Part shown: positions 54,442-64,000 of the stretch, piece after piece
How positions within the stretch are numbered: the stretch's first letter is position 1
How the letters are laid out: every line of letters starts with the position of its first letter
Assembly (NCBI GenBank): GCA_963796635.1
Contig: CAWCMH010000001.1
Span: 2,660,209 to 2,724,208, forward strand
Source of the DNA: an uncultured Gemmatimonadales bacterium
Lineage (GTDB): Bacteria; Gemmatimonadota; Gemmatimonadetes; Gemmatimonadales; GWC2-71-9
Direction: 5' to 3'
DNA: 64,000 bases
Notes under the pieces: generated by a model
Told to the model about the DNA's origin: nothing
Database searches by the model: none
The model's input: only the letters and a program-made list of their open reading frames with translations
Position numbers and translations under genes: made by a program

Positions 54442-56029
54442 CGAGCAATTCCGACACGATTCTGCCGTCGTCCGTCGGCATGTCGCATCCCATGATCCAG
54501 GCCATGGTGGGTGCGAGGTCGTGTACCGAGATGTCGCGCTCGATCCGGCCCGACGCGAATGCCGGCCCGCGAGCCACCAGGAATCCGTGCGGCCGGTGTT
54601 CGCCCGTGCGCCCCTCCGTGTTCACCGCCTCGACCCGACCCGCGCGCGGTGACTCAACCCGGATCATGGCGCCTTGTCCGTTGCCCGCACGCGTCGAGCC
54701 AAACGACGTGCCCAAGTTCCATTCAACCAGCAGGTCCGGAAGTCGGTCGATCAGGGGCCCGTGACAGACATCGGCGATGCGCAGCACGCGCTGCACCGCG
54801 GGCTGCCCGGTGTCCGGGTCGACAAGCGCGAGAAGATCCTGGGTCAGCCGTTCGCAGAACGCCGCCGCGTCGTCGCCGGCGGTCAGCGTCCCCGCTGGCT
54901 CGCGGCCGCGGATATTGAGCCGGATCCCGCCGACCATCGGCCCCAGCTCGACCGGGAAGCAGTAGCTCCGGCCGGGATCGAGATTCACTCCGTGGCTCGA
55001 TCCGGTCCGCCGTCGAGTCGCTGCCTCACGCATCCGGAAAATCGGCATCCGGATCGCCAGCGGCAGTCGCCGGTATGCGCCCTTGACTCGGCCTCGCCAT
55101 CCGGGCGGCGGCGGCGGCGGCGGCGGCGACGCTTGGGCATCGGTCGGTCGCGTCATCACACCGAGTCGCACCAACAGCTCGGCCAGCAGCCGGCTGCGTC
55201 CTGCGAGTGCCGCCATGCCGTGCAATGAGCACACCATGACAGTGGTGTCGGAGGGCACGACGGCAAGGATTCTCGCGATCGCCGCATCGATCGCGGCGTA
55301 CACGGCGCGCAGCAGGTCTCCTTGGTCGGCCACCGCGGCCGGATCGGCGCCAGGGTGGTCGAGATCGTGGTAGTGCCAGAGCTGATGACCGGCGCAGTGC
55401 GCTTCGCTGAACACCTGGATGGCGAAATCCCACGGCTCCTCGCGCAGTAGCTCGGTCGCCAGACTTGCCCGCGCCTGCGTACCCCGAATCAGCTGGTCTG
55501 CGAAAGCGCCGTACTCGGCTGCTGTTCGGTCGAGCCGATCGCACGCACCCGACAGCGGGTGAGCACCCACGAGTTGGCGGATCCGTTGCTCGAGCTCTGG
55601 AGGTGTTGTCCGGTGGCCGAACAGATGATCGTGGGTGCCCCATTCAACGATCTGCAAACCATTCAGATCGGGCGACAGCCGGCACACCGGCGCGTCGAGC
55701 ACCAGCACGCGATGCCCCGCGGCACTCAGCACGTCCCACAGCGGCGGATTCATGGCGAAATCCGCTTCCTGCGCCGGGCCGATCCGGTACGTTCCCGGAA
55801 TCAGTCGTTCAAGCCAGTAGACCCCGTGCTCGCCCGGGTTGCGGCCGGTATAGAAGTTGGGCCACGCCGAGCCGTTGAACAGACCGGCGGAGTTCCGTAC
55901 CCGGGCCACCACGCCGCCATCGATCAGGGCGCCGAGTGTGGGCATGGTGCCGTCGGCCGCCCACCGCTGCAGCAGCTCCGGACTGGCAGCATCGATCACC
56001 AGCGCCAGCAGCTTGCGCGTGTTGGTCAT
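54392..56029 (-). CDS. Alkaline-phosphatase-superfamily protein (nucleotide pyrophosphatase/phosphodiesterase-like)
   Basis: MTNTRKLLALVIDAASPELL...MPTL..L...G........FNGSAWPNFYTG..PGEHG N-terminal metal-site pattern. An unusual internal PPPPPPPP run. Start ATG at 56029. Confidence 0.65.
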   Translation of the reverse strand: MTNTRKLLALVIDAASPELLQRWAADGTMPTLGALIDGGVVARVRNSAGLFNGSAWPNFYTGRNPGEHGVYWLERLIPGTYRIGPAQEADFAMNPPLWDVLSAAGHRVLVLDAPVCRLSPDLNGLQIVEWGTHDHLFGHRTTPPELEQRIRQLVGAHPLSGACDRLDRTAAEYGAFADQLIRGTQARASLATELLREEPWDFAIQVFSEAHCAGHQLWHYHDLDHPGADPAAVADQGDLLRAVYAAIDAAIARILAVVPSDTTVMVCSLHGMAALAGRSRLLAELLVRLGVMTRPTDAQASPPPPPPPPGWRGRVKGAYRRLPLAIRMPIFRMREAATRRRTGSSHGVNLDPGRSYCFPVELGPMVGGIRLNIRGREPAGTLTAGDDAAAFCERLTQDLLALVDPDTGQPAVQRVLRIADVCHGPLIDRLPDLLVEWNLGTSFGSTRAGNGQGAMIRVESPRAGRVEAVNTEGRTGEHRPHGFLVARGPAFASGRIERDISVHDLAPTMAWIMGCDMPTDDGRIVSELLASGAGTSGPTNATPRG

Positions 56030-56103
56030 CGCCGAACTGCTGCCGCAGCGGTGTGACGGAGCATGCGGGTATAATAGCTCTTGCCCTCCGGCCAAAGGCC
56101 CAT

Positions 56104-57627
56104 GTGGATCTCCACGCACACTCCCTCGACGATGGTACCGTCCTCGCCGCGGATTTTTGCGTGGTGGGGGCCGGACCGGTTGGCCTGACGCTGGCCAACG
56201 CGCTGCGACAGCGGGGCCGCACCGTCGTGCTGGTGGAAAGCGGCGATCGTCCCGGCAGCGCCGAACACGACGCACTCAACATCGGCGAAGTACACGGGGT
56301 ACCGGGGCCACCATTGCACACCACACGCGCGCGCGGCGTGGGCGGCACGGCCAACGTGTGGAACACGACGGCCCACAACGCGATCTTCGCCAAGCTCGCT
56401 CCGCTCGACGCGTGCGACTACCCGGTGCGTGACTGGGTCGATTTCAGCGGATGGCCGTTCGATGCGTCCGAGATGGAGCCGTGGTATGCGCGCGCTCACG
56501 AGGCCCTCGGCATCGGCCCGTTCGACGACCGCGACACCCGGTGGCGCGACGCCATGCATCCGTCGCTCGACCTGGCCGACGGTCTGTTCCGTAGTGCCGC
56601 CTTTCAATGCGTTCCCACGACGCGGTTCACGGTGCAGTTGCCGGCCATGTTGCGCGATGCGTCGAACGCGACCCTGCTGCGCGGTGCCACGGTGGTGGCG
56701 CTGCCGCGCCGCAGCGACGGCGCGGTAGAGGCGGTCCGCTGGCGCACCATCGCGGGCACGAGCGGCATCGTCCGTGCCGGAGCGTTCGTTCTTGCGCTCG
56801 GCGGAATCGAGAATGCGCGGATGCTGCTGATCGATGCCCAGCAGCGCGGTGACATCGCGGCAGCGGCGGGGTGGCTCGGTCGTGGATTCATGGGACATCC
56901 GCGGGACGTGACGCTCGACCTGTTCACCCGCGCGCCGGCACTCACGACAGTCCCCGGCTTCTACACGCCGCACCGCGGACCCGACGGCGTCGTGGTCGCC
57001 GGGCGCCTGGCGGTGTCGAGCACGGCGCTGCAGCAGCTGCGGTGCTCCAATGCGTCGGTTCAGCTGGTCAACGACGATGAGGCGAGGTGGGCGGCGGCAG
57101 CGGAACGCCAGTCCCGGTGGCGTTCAGGCCCGCGGCGTGCCGTGCGCAAGCTCACGCGTGTCGTCGGACCACATGTCATGCGGGCGCGCCAGGCGGTGGT
57201 GGGACACCACTACCAGGTCATCATCAACCTCGAAGAGCGTCCCCATCGCGACAATCGCGTGGAGCTCACGGCGGAGGTGGATCATTTCGGGATGCCGCGC
57301 GCTGCACTGCATTGGCGTTGGCACGACGACGACGAACGTTCGCGTGTCGCGATTCGCCGCACCGTGGTCGATGAATTCGCACGTCTGGGTCTCGGGCGCG
57401 TGCGCATCACGCCCGCCCGTCCGCTCGACCCGGACGCGCATCACCACGCCGGCACCACGCGGATGCACGTCAACCCGGCGTCCGGCGTCCTCGACGCCGA
57501 TTGCCGAGTGCACGGCGAACACAATCTGCATGTCGCCGGCTCGTCGGTATTCCCGACGGCGGGCTGGGCCAATCCGACCCTGACCGCGATTGCGCTCGGC
57601 CTGCGGCTCGCCGCGCGCTTGCCGTGA
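56104..57627 (+). CDS. GMC-family FAD oxidoreductase
   Basis: ADFCVVGAGPVGLTLANAL (FAD GxGxxG). C-terminal HHAGTTRM...GVLDADCRVHGEHNLHVAGSSVFPT. GTG start at 56104, divergent from the 56029 gene. Confidence 0.8.
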   Translation: MDLHAHSLDDGTVLAADFCVVGAGPVGLTLANALRQRGRTVVLVESGDRPGSAEHDALNIGEVHGVPGPPLHTTRARGVGGTANVWNTTAHNAIFAKLAPLDACDYPVRDWVDFSGWPFDASEMEPWYARAHEALGIGPFDDRDTRWRDAMHPSLDLADGLFRSAAFQCVPTTRFTVQLPAMLRDASNATLLRGATVVALPRRSDGAVEAVRWRTIAGTSGIVRAGAFVLALGGIENARMLLIDAQQRGDIAAAAGWLGRGFMGHPRDVTLDLFTRAPALTTVPGFYTPHRGPDGVVVAGRLAVSSTALQQLRCSNASVQLVNDDEARWAAAAERQSRWRSGPRRAVRKLTRVVGPHVMRARQAVVGHHYQVIINLEERPHRDNRVELTAEVDHFGMPRAALHWRWHDDDERSRVAIRRTVVDEFARLGLGRVRITPARPLDPDAHHHAGTTRMHVNPASGVLDADCRVHGEHNLHVAGSSVFPTAGWANPTLTAIALGLRLAARLP

Positions 57628-57660
57628 GGTCGCGGCGTTGACGACCCCGACGCGCCATCG

Positions 57661-58212
57661 CTACAACACGAACGGCAGCAGCATCCGGGTGCGGGCGCGA
57701 TACGCGGGATACGCATCGGGAAATTGTGTGGTGAGGTACTGCTCCTCGGTGCGGGCGCTCCAGATGAAATACGCCGTCATCAGGATCAGCAGGATGCCCC
57801 ACGCGGACCCCATGACCAGCGCCGTGCCGAACATCGCGAGCAGCACGCCACTGTAGATGGGATGCCGCACGTAGCGGTAAGGCCCCCCGGTGACGAGGTC
57901 CGGTTCCGCTTTCCGGGTCATCGGCATCCCCCAGTTGCGTCCGATGAAGAAGCGCGCCCAGAAGGCGATGGCAATGCCGGCCATGCACAGCACGACGCCA
58001 ATGACCCCGATCGTGAAGTTGCCCGTCAGCGCCGATGGCGTGCCGTGCGCGGGTCGGCGCATTGCATACACGATCAACACGACGACCGCGATGCGCATCA
58101 GCCAGAAGCGTGACGCCCAGCCCGTGGCGCGCTTGGCAAACAGGCTCGACACGAACCAGACCACGATGAACGCGGTCCACGTGAAGCCGATCAGCGCGCC
58201 CAGGAATCTCAT
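57661..58212 (-). CDS. Isoprenylcysteine carboxyl methyltransferase (ICMT/PEMT) family membrane protein
   Basis: Multi-TM with LVTGGPYRYVRHPIYSGVLL.MFG, the family signature. Confidence 0.8.
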   Translation of the reverse strand: MRFLGALIGFTWTAFIVVWFVSSLFAKRATGWASRFWLMRIAVVVLIVYAMRRPAHGTPSALTGNFTIGVIGVVLCMAGIAIAFWARFFIGRNWGMPMTRKAEPDLVTGGPYRYVRHPIYSGVLLAMFGTALVMGSAWGILLILMTAYFIWSARTEEQYLTTQFPDAYPAYRARTRMLLPFVL

Positions 58213-58424
58213 GTCGCGGCTCCTCGCCGCCTCATTGCCTCGGCACCGCTCCCGGCGCCGGCCAGTCGGTGCCGCCGACGCGCGTGAGGTGCATTCGCGA
58301 GTGTGAACACGGGACGCGGTGACAACATGCGGGCTCCGCCGTGTAGGTGGTCAGGCACGAGTACGGTGGATGATAGCGTCCGGAGCTGATGTCTGTTCTG
58401 CTCGTCGCGGTGCGACGGCAACGC

Positions 58425-59234
58425 CTACGGTTGAGAGATAGCCCGGCCCGTAAGTTCCGGCAACACTCCGCCGGCGCGGCCGTAATGGGGGACGACATCG
58501 CCAGATGCATCGCCGGCACTGGTCATCACGAAGCGGTCGCGGGACCTGGAGTAGTACAGGCAGCCGGCTTCGTTAGCTGGTCTCGAACGGATCCAGTCGT
58601 CGGCACGGTCAAGCGCGCCGAGCCACTGGTGCTTGGCGGACTGCAGGTCGAATGGCACGACGAGGTCGAGACGTTCGAAGTCGACGGCCTGGTAACGGCC
58701 TCGCCGCTTGAGCAACTCAAGCAACGACAGCGGATTGAAGCCGGGATCCTTGCCGACCGCGGCCCAGATCAGGCCGCCGAGCGGCAGCACAGTGCGGTCG
58801 ACATAGAGGATGTCGACAAAGTCGCGCGCTTCGTCGCGGCCGGCGAGCGCCAGGGTCTTGTTGACCGCGAGATCGACGTCGTGCAACAGGAACCCGCCCA
58901 GCGGATCGATCACCGTCGGCATGAACCGCCAGGCGGAATCGTGCGCCCAGTCAATTCGCGTGACGGAATCGTCGCGACGAATGATGGCGCGCACAAATCC
59001 CGGCTGGCTGATTTCTGTCTCGACGTCGATTCCGGCACCGACCAGCGTGTCGGCATCCTCGGCGAAAGCGGATGCCACGCGAGCCACCGAGTCGTGAAAG
59101 AAGCCGAGGTCGTTGCTGATGCGCTCCGAATTTGGCGCGAAGTGCAGCGCCGCACCGCCAGCGAGATAACTGTCGGGAGTGCGATGACCGGCCAGCAATG
59201 CGAGCACCTCGTGCTGGAATCCGCTCAGCGGCAT
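58425..59234 (-). CDS. Nucleotidyltransferase AbiEii/AbiGii-like toxin family protein
   Basis: LAGGAALHFAPNSERISNDLGFF (GGxAL..R.S.DlDfF) and later ARDFVDILYV resemble DUF1814/AbiEii. Confidence 0.65.
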   Translation of the reverse strand: MPLSGFQHEVLALLAGHRTPDSYLAGGAALHFAPNSERISNDLGFFHDSVARVASAFAEDADTLVGAGIDVETEISQPGFVRAIIRRDDSVTRIDWAHDSAWRFMPTVIDPLGGFLLHDVDLAVNKTLALAGRDEARDFVDILYVDRTVLPLGGLIWAAVGKDPGFNPLSLLELLKRRGRYQAVDFERLDLVVPFDLQSAKHQWLGALDRADDWIRSRPANEAGCLYYSRSRDRFVMTSAGDASGDVVPHYGRAGGVLPELTGRAISQP

Positions 59235-59491
59235 AGCGCATTTCCGATCCGCCAGGATTCGCGGTCACCGTGCTTCATCAGCTGCTCGGCCACCCACGCC
59301 ACATCATCCTTGCCGATCTCGAGGTCGGCACGATACGACCAGAAACAGGTCGCGTGAAATCGGCGGAAGGCGCGCCGCGCTTCGCGGACCTGCACCATCC
59401 GGCGGGCGTCGGCCGGTTCGAGGCGGCGCCGGCTCTTGATGCCACCCTTCCGCCCGATCTTCGCCAGATATCGACCGACATGATTCGACAT
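59225..59491 (-). CDS. Small basic protein, candidate cognate antitoxin/partner of the AbiEii-like gene
   Basis: 88 aa. A 10-nt overlap with the downstream nucleotidyltransferase gene. N-terminal KIGRKGGIKSRRRL basic motif. Preceded by the most A/T-rich intergenic stretch of this part of the window. Confidence 0.45.
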   Translation of the reverse strand: MSNHVGRYLAKIGRKGGIKSRRRLEPADARRMVQVREARRAFRRFHATCFWSYRADLEIGKDDVAWVAEQLMKHGDRESWRIGNALCR

Positions 59492-59798
59492 GGCTGCAAC
59501 GTAACTCGCTTATGATCGCAAGTCAATGAAAACAAGATGGATAATGACGATGACGAAATGATATTCTGACGCGCGCTGGACGCCGTGGCTGCGTCATATT
59601 CTCTCAGTCATCGGATCTTCCGCGCACACCACCCGGATGACGCCGATGCCGCGGGGCACGCCGCTGCACGTGCTTGCCGTACGCACGACCCAGCCCTGGG
59701 TCCAGCGACCGGCTCTGCTGATCGACGAGAGCACCGGCACGTCGCGATTGCCTTACTATTGAGCCATCCCCCGCCCCGCTGCTCAGGAGAAGGTCGCC

Positions 59799-62700
59799 GT
59801 GCGTGCCTCGCTGATCCCGTCCGCTGCTGCCGCCGTGTTCGCCGCAATCTTTTGCGCACCTCTCGCCGCTCAATCCACCCCCATCACCTTCGATTCCGCC
59901 CTGCACTGGCGCGAGATCGGGCCCACGCGCGCCGGTCGCGCGCGCGCCGTGGAAGGCGTGCCGAGCCAGCCGGGAACGTTCTACGCCGGCTATGATGACG
60001 GCGGCGTGTGGCGCACCACCGATTACGGTGCCAACTGGGAGCCGATCTTCGACGCCGAACCCACCGGCTCGATCGGGGCCATCGCGGTGTCGCCGTCGGA
60101 TCCCAACGTGATTTACGTCGGCACCGGCGCCGGGATCATCCGGCCCGACCTCGCCACCGGTGACGGCGTCTACAAATCCACCGACGCCGGCAAGACCTGG
60201 ACGCACCTGGGCCTCGACAACACGCAGATGATCGCCATGATCGACATCGACCCCAAGGACCCGAATCGCATCTTCGTCGCGGCACTCGGGCATCCGTACT
60301 CGCCCAATCCCGATCGCGGCATCTATCGCTCGACCGATGGCGGCAAGACGTTCGAGAAGGTGCTGTACAAGGACGAGTACACCAGCGGCAACGATGTGCG
60401 CATCGATCCCGATCATCCCAACATCGTCTACGCCGTGCTCTGGCAGCAGCAGGAATCGTTTTCGGAGAATGGCGCGTCGTTCGGCGGCAGTAGTGGCGGC
60501 ATCTTCAAGTCGACCGACGGCGGCACCAACTGGACTCAGCTCACCGAGGGTCTCCCCGTGGTGCAGCAAGCCAACCTCGGCATCTCCGCCAGCAATCCCG
60601 ACGTGATCTACGCCATGGTCGCGGAGGCGGCCGTCCCGAACGCCGGCGGTCGCGGCGGCTTTGGCGCCGCACGCGGCGGTACGGTGGGTCTGTTCAAGTC
60701 GACCGACGCCGGAGCGCACTGGGCCCCGGTCGACCCGAACCCCGCGGATCGCTCGACCGCCGACAATCGTCCGCTGGCCCGTATCGGCGGCGGCGACCTG
60801 CCCACGCTCGCGGTCGACCCGAAGAACCCCGACGAGCTGTACAGCTGCTCGACCGTGTTCTGGCGCAGCGACGACGGAGGCGTCACCTGGACTGCCGTGC
60901 GCGGTGCGCCTGGCGGCGACGACTACCAGAAGACCTGGATCAACCCCGACAACACCAACCTGATCGTCGTGGTGTCCGACCAGGGCGCCGTCGTGTCGGG
61001 CAATCACGGCAAGTCGTGGAGCAACTGGTACACGCAACCCACCGCGGCGATGTATCACGTCTCGACCGACGATGGCTTCCCGTACAGCGTCTGCGGCGGC
61101 CAGCAGGATTCGGGCTCCGCCTGCGTCGCCAGCCGGTCGAACGACGGCGAGATCACCTTCCACGACTGGCACCCGGTCAACATTCAGGAATACGGCGAAG
61201 CGGCACCCGACCCGCGCGATGCGACCTGGGTGTACGGCAGCGGGCGCACCAGCGTGTCGCTCTACAATCGCACCACCGGCCAGACGACGCAGGTCGGTCC
61301 CGATCTCGGCGGCCGCGGCGGGCCGGGCGCGCCGAGCTTCAGTCGCAATGTGCGCACCATGCCGATCGAGTGGTCGCCGATCGATCACAACACGCTGTAC
61401 TACGCGTCAAACGCGGTGTGGAAGACCACCGATCATGCGCACAGCTGGACGCGCATCTCCCCCGATCTCGCGCGGCAGACATGGCCTGTGCCCGCCACCA
61501 CCGGCAAGTACGGCGAAACCGTCAAGCCGGCGCCGATCGGCACGATCACGGCGCTGTCGCCCTCGCCGCGCAGCATCAGCATCATCTGGGCAGGCACCGA
61601 CGACGGCAACATCCAGGTGACCACCGATGGCGGCGTCAAGTGGACCAATGTGACGCCGGCCGCGATCAAGCCGTGGAGCCGCATCTTCAATCTCGACGCA
61701 GGCCACTTCAGCGCCGCCACCGCCTACGTGGCCGCCAACACGCTGCGGCTCGACGACATGAATCCGCACTTCTGGCGTACGCACGACGGCGGCAGGACAT
61801 GGACCGAGATTGACAACGGCATCGCGCCGGGCGCGCCGTCGAACTCGATCCGCGAAGATCCGCACACGCCCGGCCTGCTCTACGCCGCCACCGAAACCCA
61901 GACCTGGGTCTCGTTCGACGACGGCGATCACTGGCAATCGCTTCGGCTCAACATGCCGGCGATTTCGGTGCGCGACATCGAACTCAAGGACGACAGCACC
62001 TGCATGTGCTCCGACCTGATCGCCGGTACCCACGGCCGCGGCTACTGGATCCTCGACGACGTGACACCGCTGCGCGCCATGGCGGCGATCCGCAAGGCGC
62101 AGGCAAGTGGTGCGGCCTATCTCGTCAAGCCCGCCACCGCGATCCGGGTGCGCTACGGCACCAACGATCCGACGCCGTGGCCCCCCGAAGTGCCGGCCGG
62201 TGAGAATCCGCCTCCCGGTGCATTGATCGACTACTACCTCGGAGGCAACGCGTCGAGTCCGGTGACGCTCGACGTGCTCAACGCGACCGGGCATGTGATC
62301 CGCTCCTACACCAGCGCCGATACGGTGTTGAATCCCGATCCCGCTCGCGATCCAGTGGCGTACAACGCGCTCTGTCAGCGCACGCCGACGGCCGCCGATT
62401 GCTCCGTTCCGCTCTACTGGCCCGCGCCGTCGACCGCGCTGTCGAGCAGCGCCGGGTTGCACCGCTTCAGCTGGGACATGAAATACGATGCCGTTGGTCC
62501 CGCCGGTGGCGGCTCCGGTGCCGTGGTGCCGGGCCACACCTATCCGTCGCTCAATTCGCCGTGGGTGCCACCGGGGCAGTACACCGTCCGTCTCACGGTC
62601 GACGGCAAGGCATACACGCAACCGATCACCGTGCGCATGGATCCGCGCGTCACGACATCGACGGTGGCGATCGCACAGGTGAGCACGTTGACGCGCGAGT

Positions 62701-63134
62701 TGCGCAGCGACGCCCAGTCGGCGCAGACGGCGTACGAACAGGCGCGTGGGTTGGCTGCCGAACTTGCCGATGCCAGTGATAACGCGTCAACCGCGTTTCG
62801 GGCCAGGCTCGATTCGCTGGCGCCGCCGCCGCCCGCAGCGGGGCGCGGTGGTCGCGGCGGGCGCGGTGGATTTGGTGGCGGCCGCGGTCGCGGGGGCCCC
62901 ACCACGGCGCCGAGCACCCTCGACGGTGTCAGCTCCGCGCTGGTCGCCGCCGCGATGCCGATGCAGGCGGCCGATATCGCGCCGACCGCGAATGACCTGA
63001 ACACGATCACGCACGCCCGCGCCGACTATGCCGCGGTGATGGCGCGCTGGATGGCGATGAAGTCGACCGGACTGGCGGCGCTGAACGTCCGCCGCAAGGC
63101 GGCGGGCGAGCCGGCGATCGCGATGCCGCAGTAG
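59799..63134 (+). CDS. BNR/Asp-box repeat, sortilin/VPS10-like two-propeller secreted protein
   Basis: Signal peptide. About 10 Asp-box-like motifs (STDAGKTW, STDGGKTF, STDGGTNW, STDAGAHW, SDDGGVTW, TTDGGVKW, THDGGRTW...). C-terminal helical region containing an RGG tract. Confidence 0.8.
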   Translation: MRASLIPSAAAAVFAAIFCAPLAAQSTPITFDSALHWREIGPTRAGRARAVEGVPSQPGTFYAGYDDGGVWRTTDYGANWEPIFDAEPTGSIGAIAVSPSDPNVIYVGTGAGIIRPDLATGDGVYKSTDAGKTWTHLGLDNTQMIAMIDIDPKDPNRIFVAALGHPYSPNPDRGIYRSTDGGKTFEKVLYKDEYTSGNDVRIDPDHPNIVYAVLWQQQESFSENGASFGGSSGGIFKSTDGGTNWTQLTEGLPVVQQANLGISASNPDVIYAMVAEAAVPNAGGRGGFGAARGGTVGLFKSTDAGAHWAPVDPNPADRSTADNRPLARIGGGDLPTLAVDPKNPDELYSCSTVFWRSDDGGVTWTAVRGAPGGDDYQKTWINPDNTNLIVVVSDQGAVVSGNHGKSWSNWYTQPTAAMYHVSTDDGFPYSVCGGQQDSGSACVASRSNDGEITFHDWHPVNIQEYGEAAPDPRDATWVYGSGRTSVSLYNRTTGQTTQVGPDLGGRGGPGAPSFSRNVRTMPIEWSPIDHNTLYYASNAVWKTTDHAHSWTRISPDLARQTWPVPATTGKYGETVKPAPIGTITALSPSPRSISIIWAGTDDGNIQVTTDGGVKWTNVTPAAIKPWSRIFNLDAGHFSAATAYVAANTLRLDDMNPHFWRTHDGGRTWTEIDNGIAPGAPSNSIREDPHTPGLLYAATETQTWVSFDDGDHWQSLRLNMPAISVRDIELKDDSTCMCSDLIAGTHGRGYWILDDVTPLRAMAAIRKAQASGAAYLVKPATAIRVRYGTNDPTPWPPEVPAGENPPPGALIDYYLGGNASSPVTLDVLNATGHVIRSYTSADTVLNPDPARDPVAYNALCQRTPTAADCSVPLYWPAPSTALSSSAGLHRFSWDMKYDAVGPAGGGSGAVVPGHTYPSLNSPWVPPGQYTVRLTVDGKAYTQPITVRMDPRVTTSTVAIAQVSTLTRELRSDAQSAQTAYEQARGLAAELADASDNASTAFRARLDSLAPPPPAAGRGGRGGRGGFGGGRGRGGPTTAPSTLDGVSSALVAAAMPMQAADIAPTANDLNTITHARADYAAVMARWMAMKSTGLAALNVRRKAAGEPAIAMPQ

Positions 63135-63155
63135 GCATCGCGACCGCCGCCGGGC

Positions 63156-63695
63156 TCAGTGCTTCGGGGCGCCCGGGATGTTCTTGAACAACGGCAGGTA
63201 CTTGCCGTATCCGTCGGCGGCGAGCTTGTCGACCGGGATGAACAGCATGGCCGCGGAATTCATGCAGTAGCGCAGCCCGGTCGGCTTGGGACCGTCGTCG
63301 AACACGTGGCCCAGGTGCGAGTTCGCGTGGACCGACCGCACCTCGGTGCGGTCCATGCCCAGGCTGCGATCGTCAGCGACCTTGATGTCGGCCGGCTCCA
63401 GCGGTTTGGTGAATGACGGCCATCCGGTGCCCGACTCGAACTTGTCGAGTGAACTGAACAACGGCTCGCCCGACACCACGTCGACATAGATCCCGGCCGC
63501 GTGATTGTTCCAGTAGGCGTTGTGGAATGGCGTCTCGGTGGCGGCGTTCTGCGTCACGTCGTACTGCTCGGGAGTGAGCTTCGTGCGGAGCACGGCGTCG
63601 CTGGGCTTGGTGTATGTCTGTGCCGACGCTAGCGTGGCGGCGCCGGCGATCGCGGCAACAGCGACAAGTGCGGAGCGGACGGCGGTGCGCATCAT
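63156..63695 (-). CDS. msrB: Peptide-methionine (R)-S-oxide reductase, exported form
   Basis: Signal peptide. [35 protein letters not shown] signature of MsrB. Confidence 0.9.
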   Translation of the reverse strand: MMRTAVRSALVAVAAIAGAATLASAQTYTKPSDAVLRTKLTPEQYDVTQNAATETPFHNAYWNNHAAGIYVDVVSGEPLFSSLDKFESGTGWPSFTKPLEPADIKVADDRSLGMDRTEVRSVHANSHLGHVFDDGPKPTGLRYCMNSAAMLFIPVDKLAADGYGKYLPLFKNIPGAPKH

Positions 63696-63782
63696 GACCT
63701 CGGCTTCGGGATCGTCAAGTCTTCGACAGTACAGAGATAACGACGCGAAACCGCGATCGGTTTCTTTCCCTGCCCGGTTGCG

Positions 63783-63974
63783 TCAAGGTCGATCAACGCC
63801 CGCCGAGCTCGGGCCGCCGCCGCAACGATGGGGCGCTTTCGCCGTGAGCCACGCGTCGCCGATCGCTTGCTGGATCGCGAATCCCTTGATCGCCTCGCAG
63901 GCTTCGTCGCCCTGATCGAGCACCAGGATGAATCGGCGCAAGCCGCCCAGCGCATCAATCAACTTGGACCGCAT
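63783..63974 (-). CDS. Short ORF with PPC/DUF296-like N-terminus, possibly truncated or frameshifted
   Basis: MRSKLIDALGGLRRFILVLDQGDEACEAIKGFAIQQAI resembles the start of PPC-domain proteins, and GGAAGG lies upstream of the ATG. The ORF stops after 63 aa, much shorter than that family. Confidence 0.3.
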   Translation of the reverse strand: MRSKLIDALGGLRRFILVLDQGDEACEAIKGFAIQQAIGDAWLTAKAPHRCGGGPSSAGVDRP

Positions 63975-64000
63975 GGCACCTTCCCCGCTCGCGCTCGCCT

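Noticed and set aside
63692-63958. 88-aa minus-strand ORF overlapping the msrB start
   Set aside because: The composition is Arg/Ser/Ala-rich. It overlaps the more protein-like frame at 63783-63974. It may represent the frameshifted remainder of that gene, but this cannot be supported by eye.

Overview
High-GC bacterial chromosomal window spanning the replication-origin gene cluster: rpmH-rnpA-yidD-yidC on the minus strand, dnaA-dnaN on the plus strand, and a candidate oriC between dnaA and dnaN. A Gemmatimonadota-like origin is only a low-confidence guess. 

The left third (3.1-23.3 kb) is a galactoside/arabinose utilisation cluster. It holds a GH27 alpha-galactosidase, a Tat-signal glycosidase-like protein, and a ribose-type ABC transporter whose ATPase gene is frameshifted. 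It also holds a FucI-family isomerase, araB, araD, galM and a GH2 enzyme. 

The accessory island (28.9-40.6 kb) sits between an aldo/keto reductase gene and yidC. It contains a 1595-aa Sec-signal RHS/YD-repeat toxin whose C-terminal domain reads as a circularly permuted M23 peptidase. Downstream are two orphan rhs C-terminal cassettes, one LAS/M15-like peptidase and one DUF4258-like, each with its own immunity gene. 

Between every cassette lies a repeated two-gene module of unknown function: a Pro/Trp/Arg-rich 'PGWGRP-motif' protein plus a 95-aa protein. The module abuts the 5'-truncated rhs core fragments. I consider it the best candidate for an undescribed system, possibly a cassette-mobility or recombination module. 

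A second theme is a dispersed 25-27 nt palindromic repeat (GTCATCCCGAGCGCAGCGAGGGATC). One unit has inverted copies of it bracketing a GIY-YIG nuclease gene like terminal inverted repeats. 

The right third carries housekeeping and envelope genes (M28 peptidase, mtgA, RNase P RNA, an OMP, a GT2/phosphatase/GMC cluster, BNR/sortilin-like protein, msrB) and an AbiEii-like toxin pair. 

Many long ORFs in the six-frame track are antisense shadows typical of high-GC DNA and were not called.
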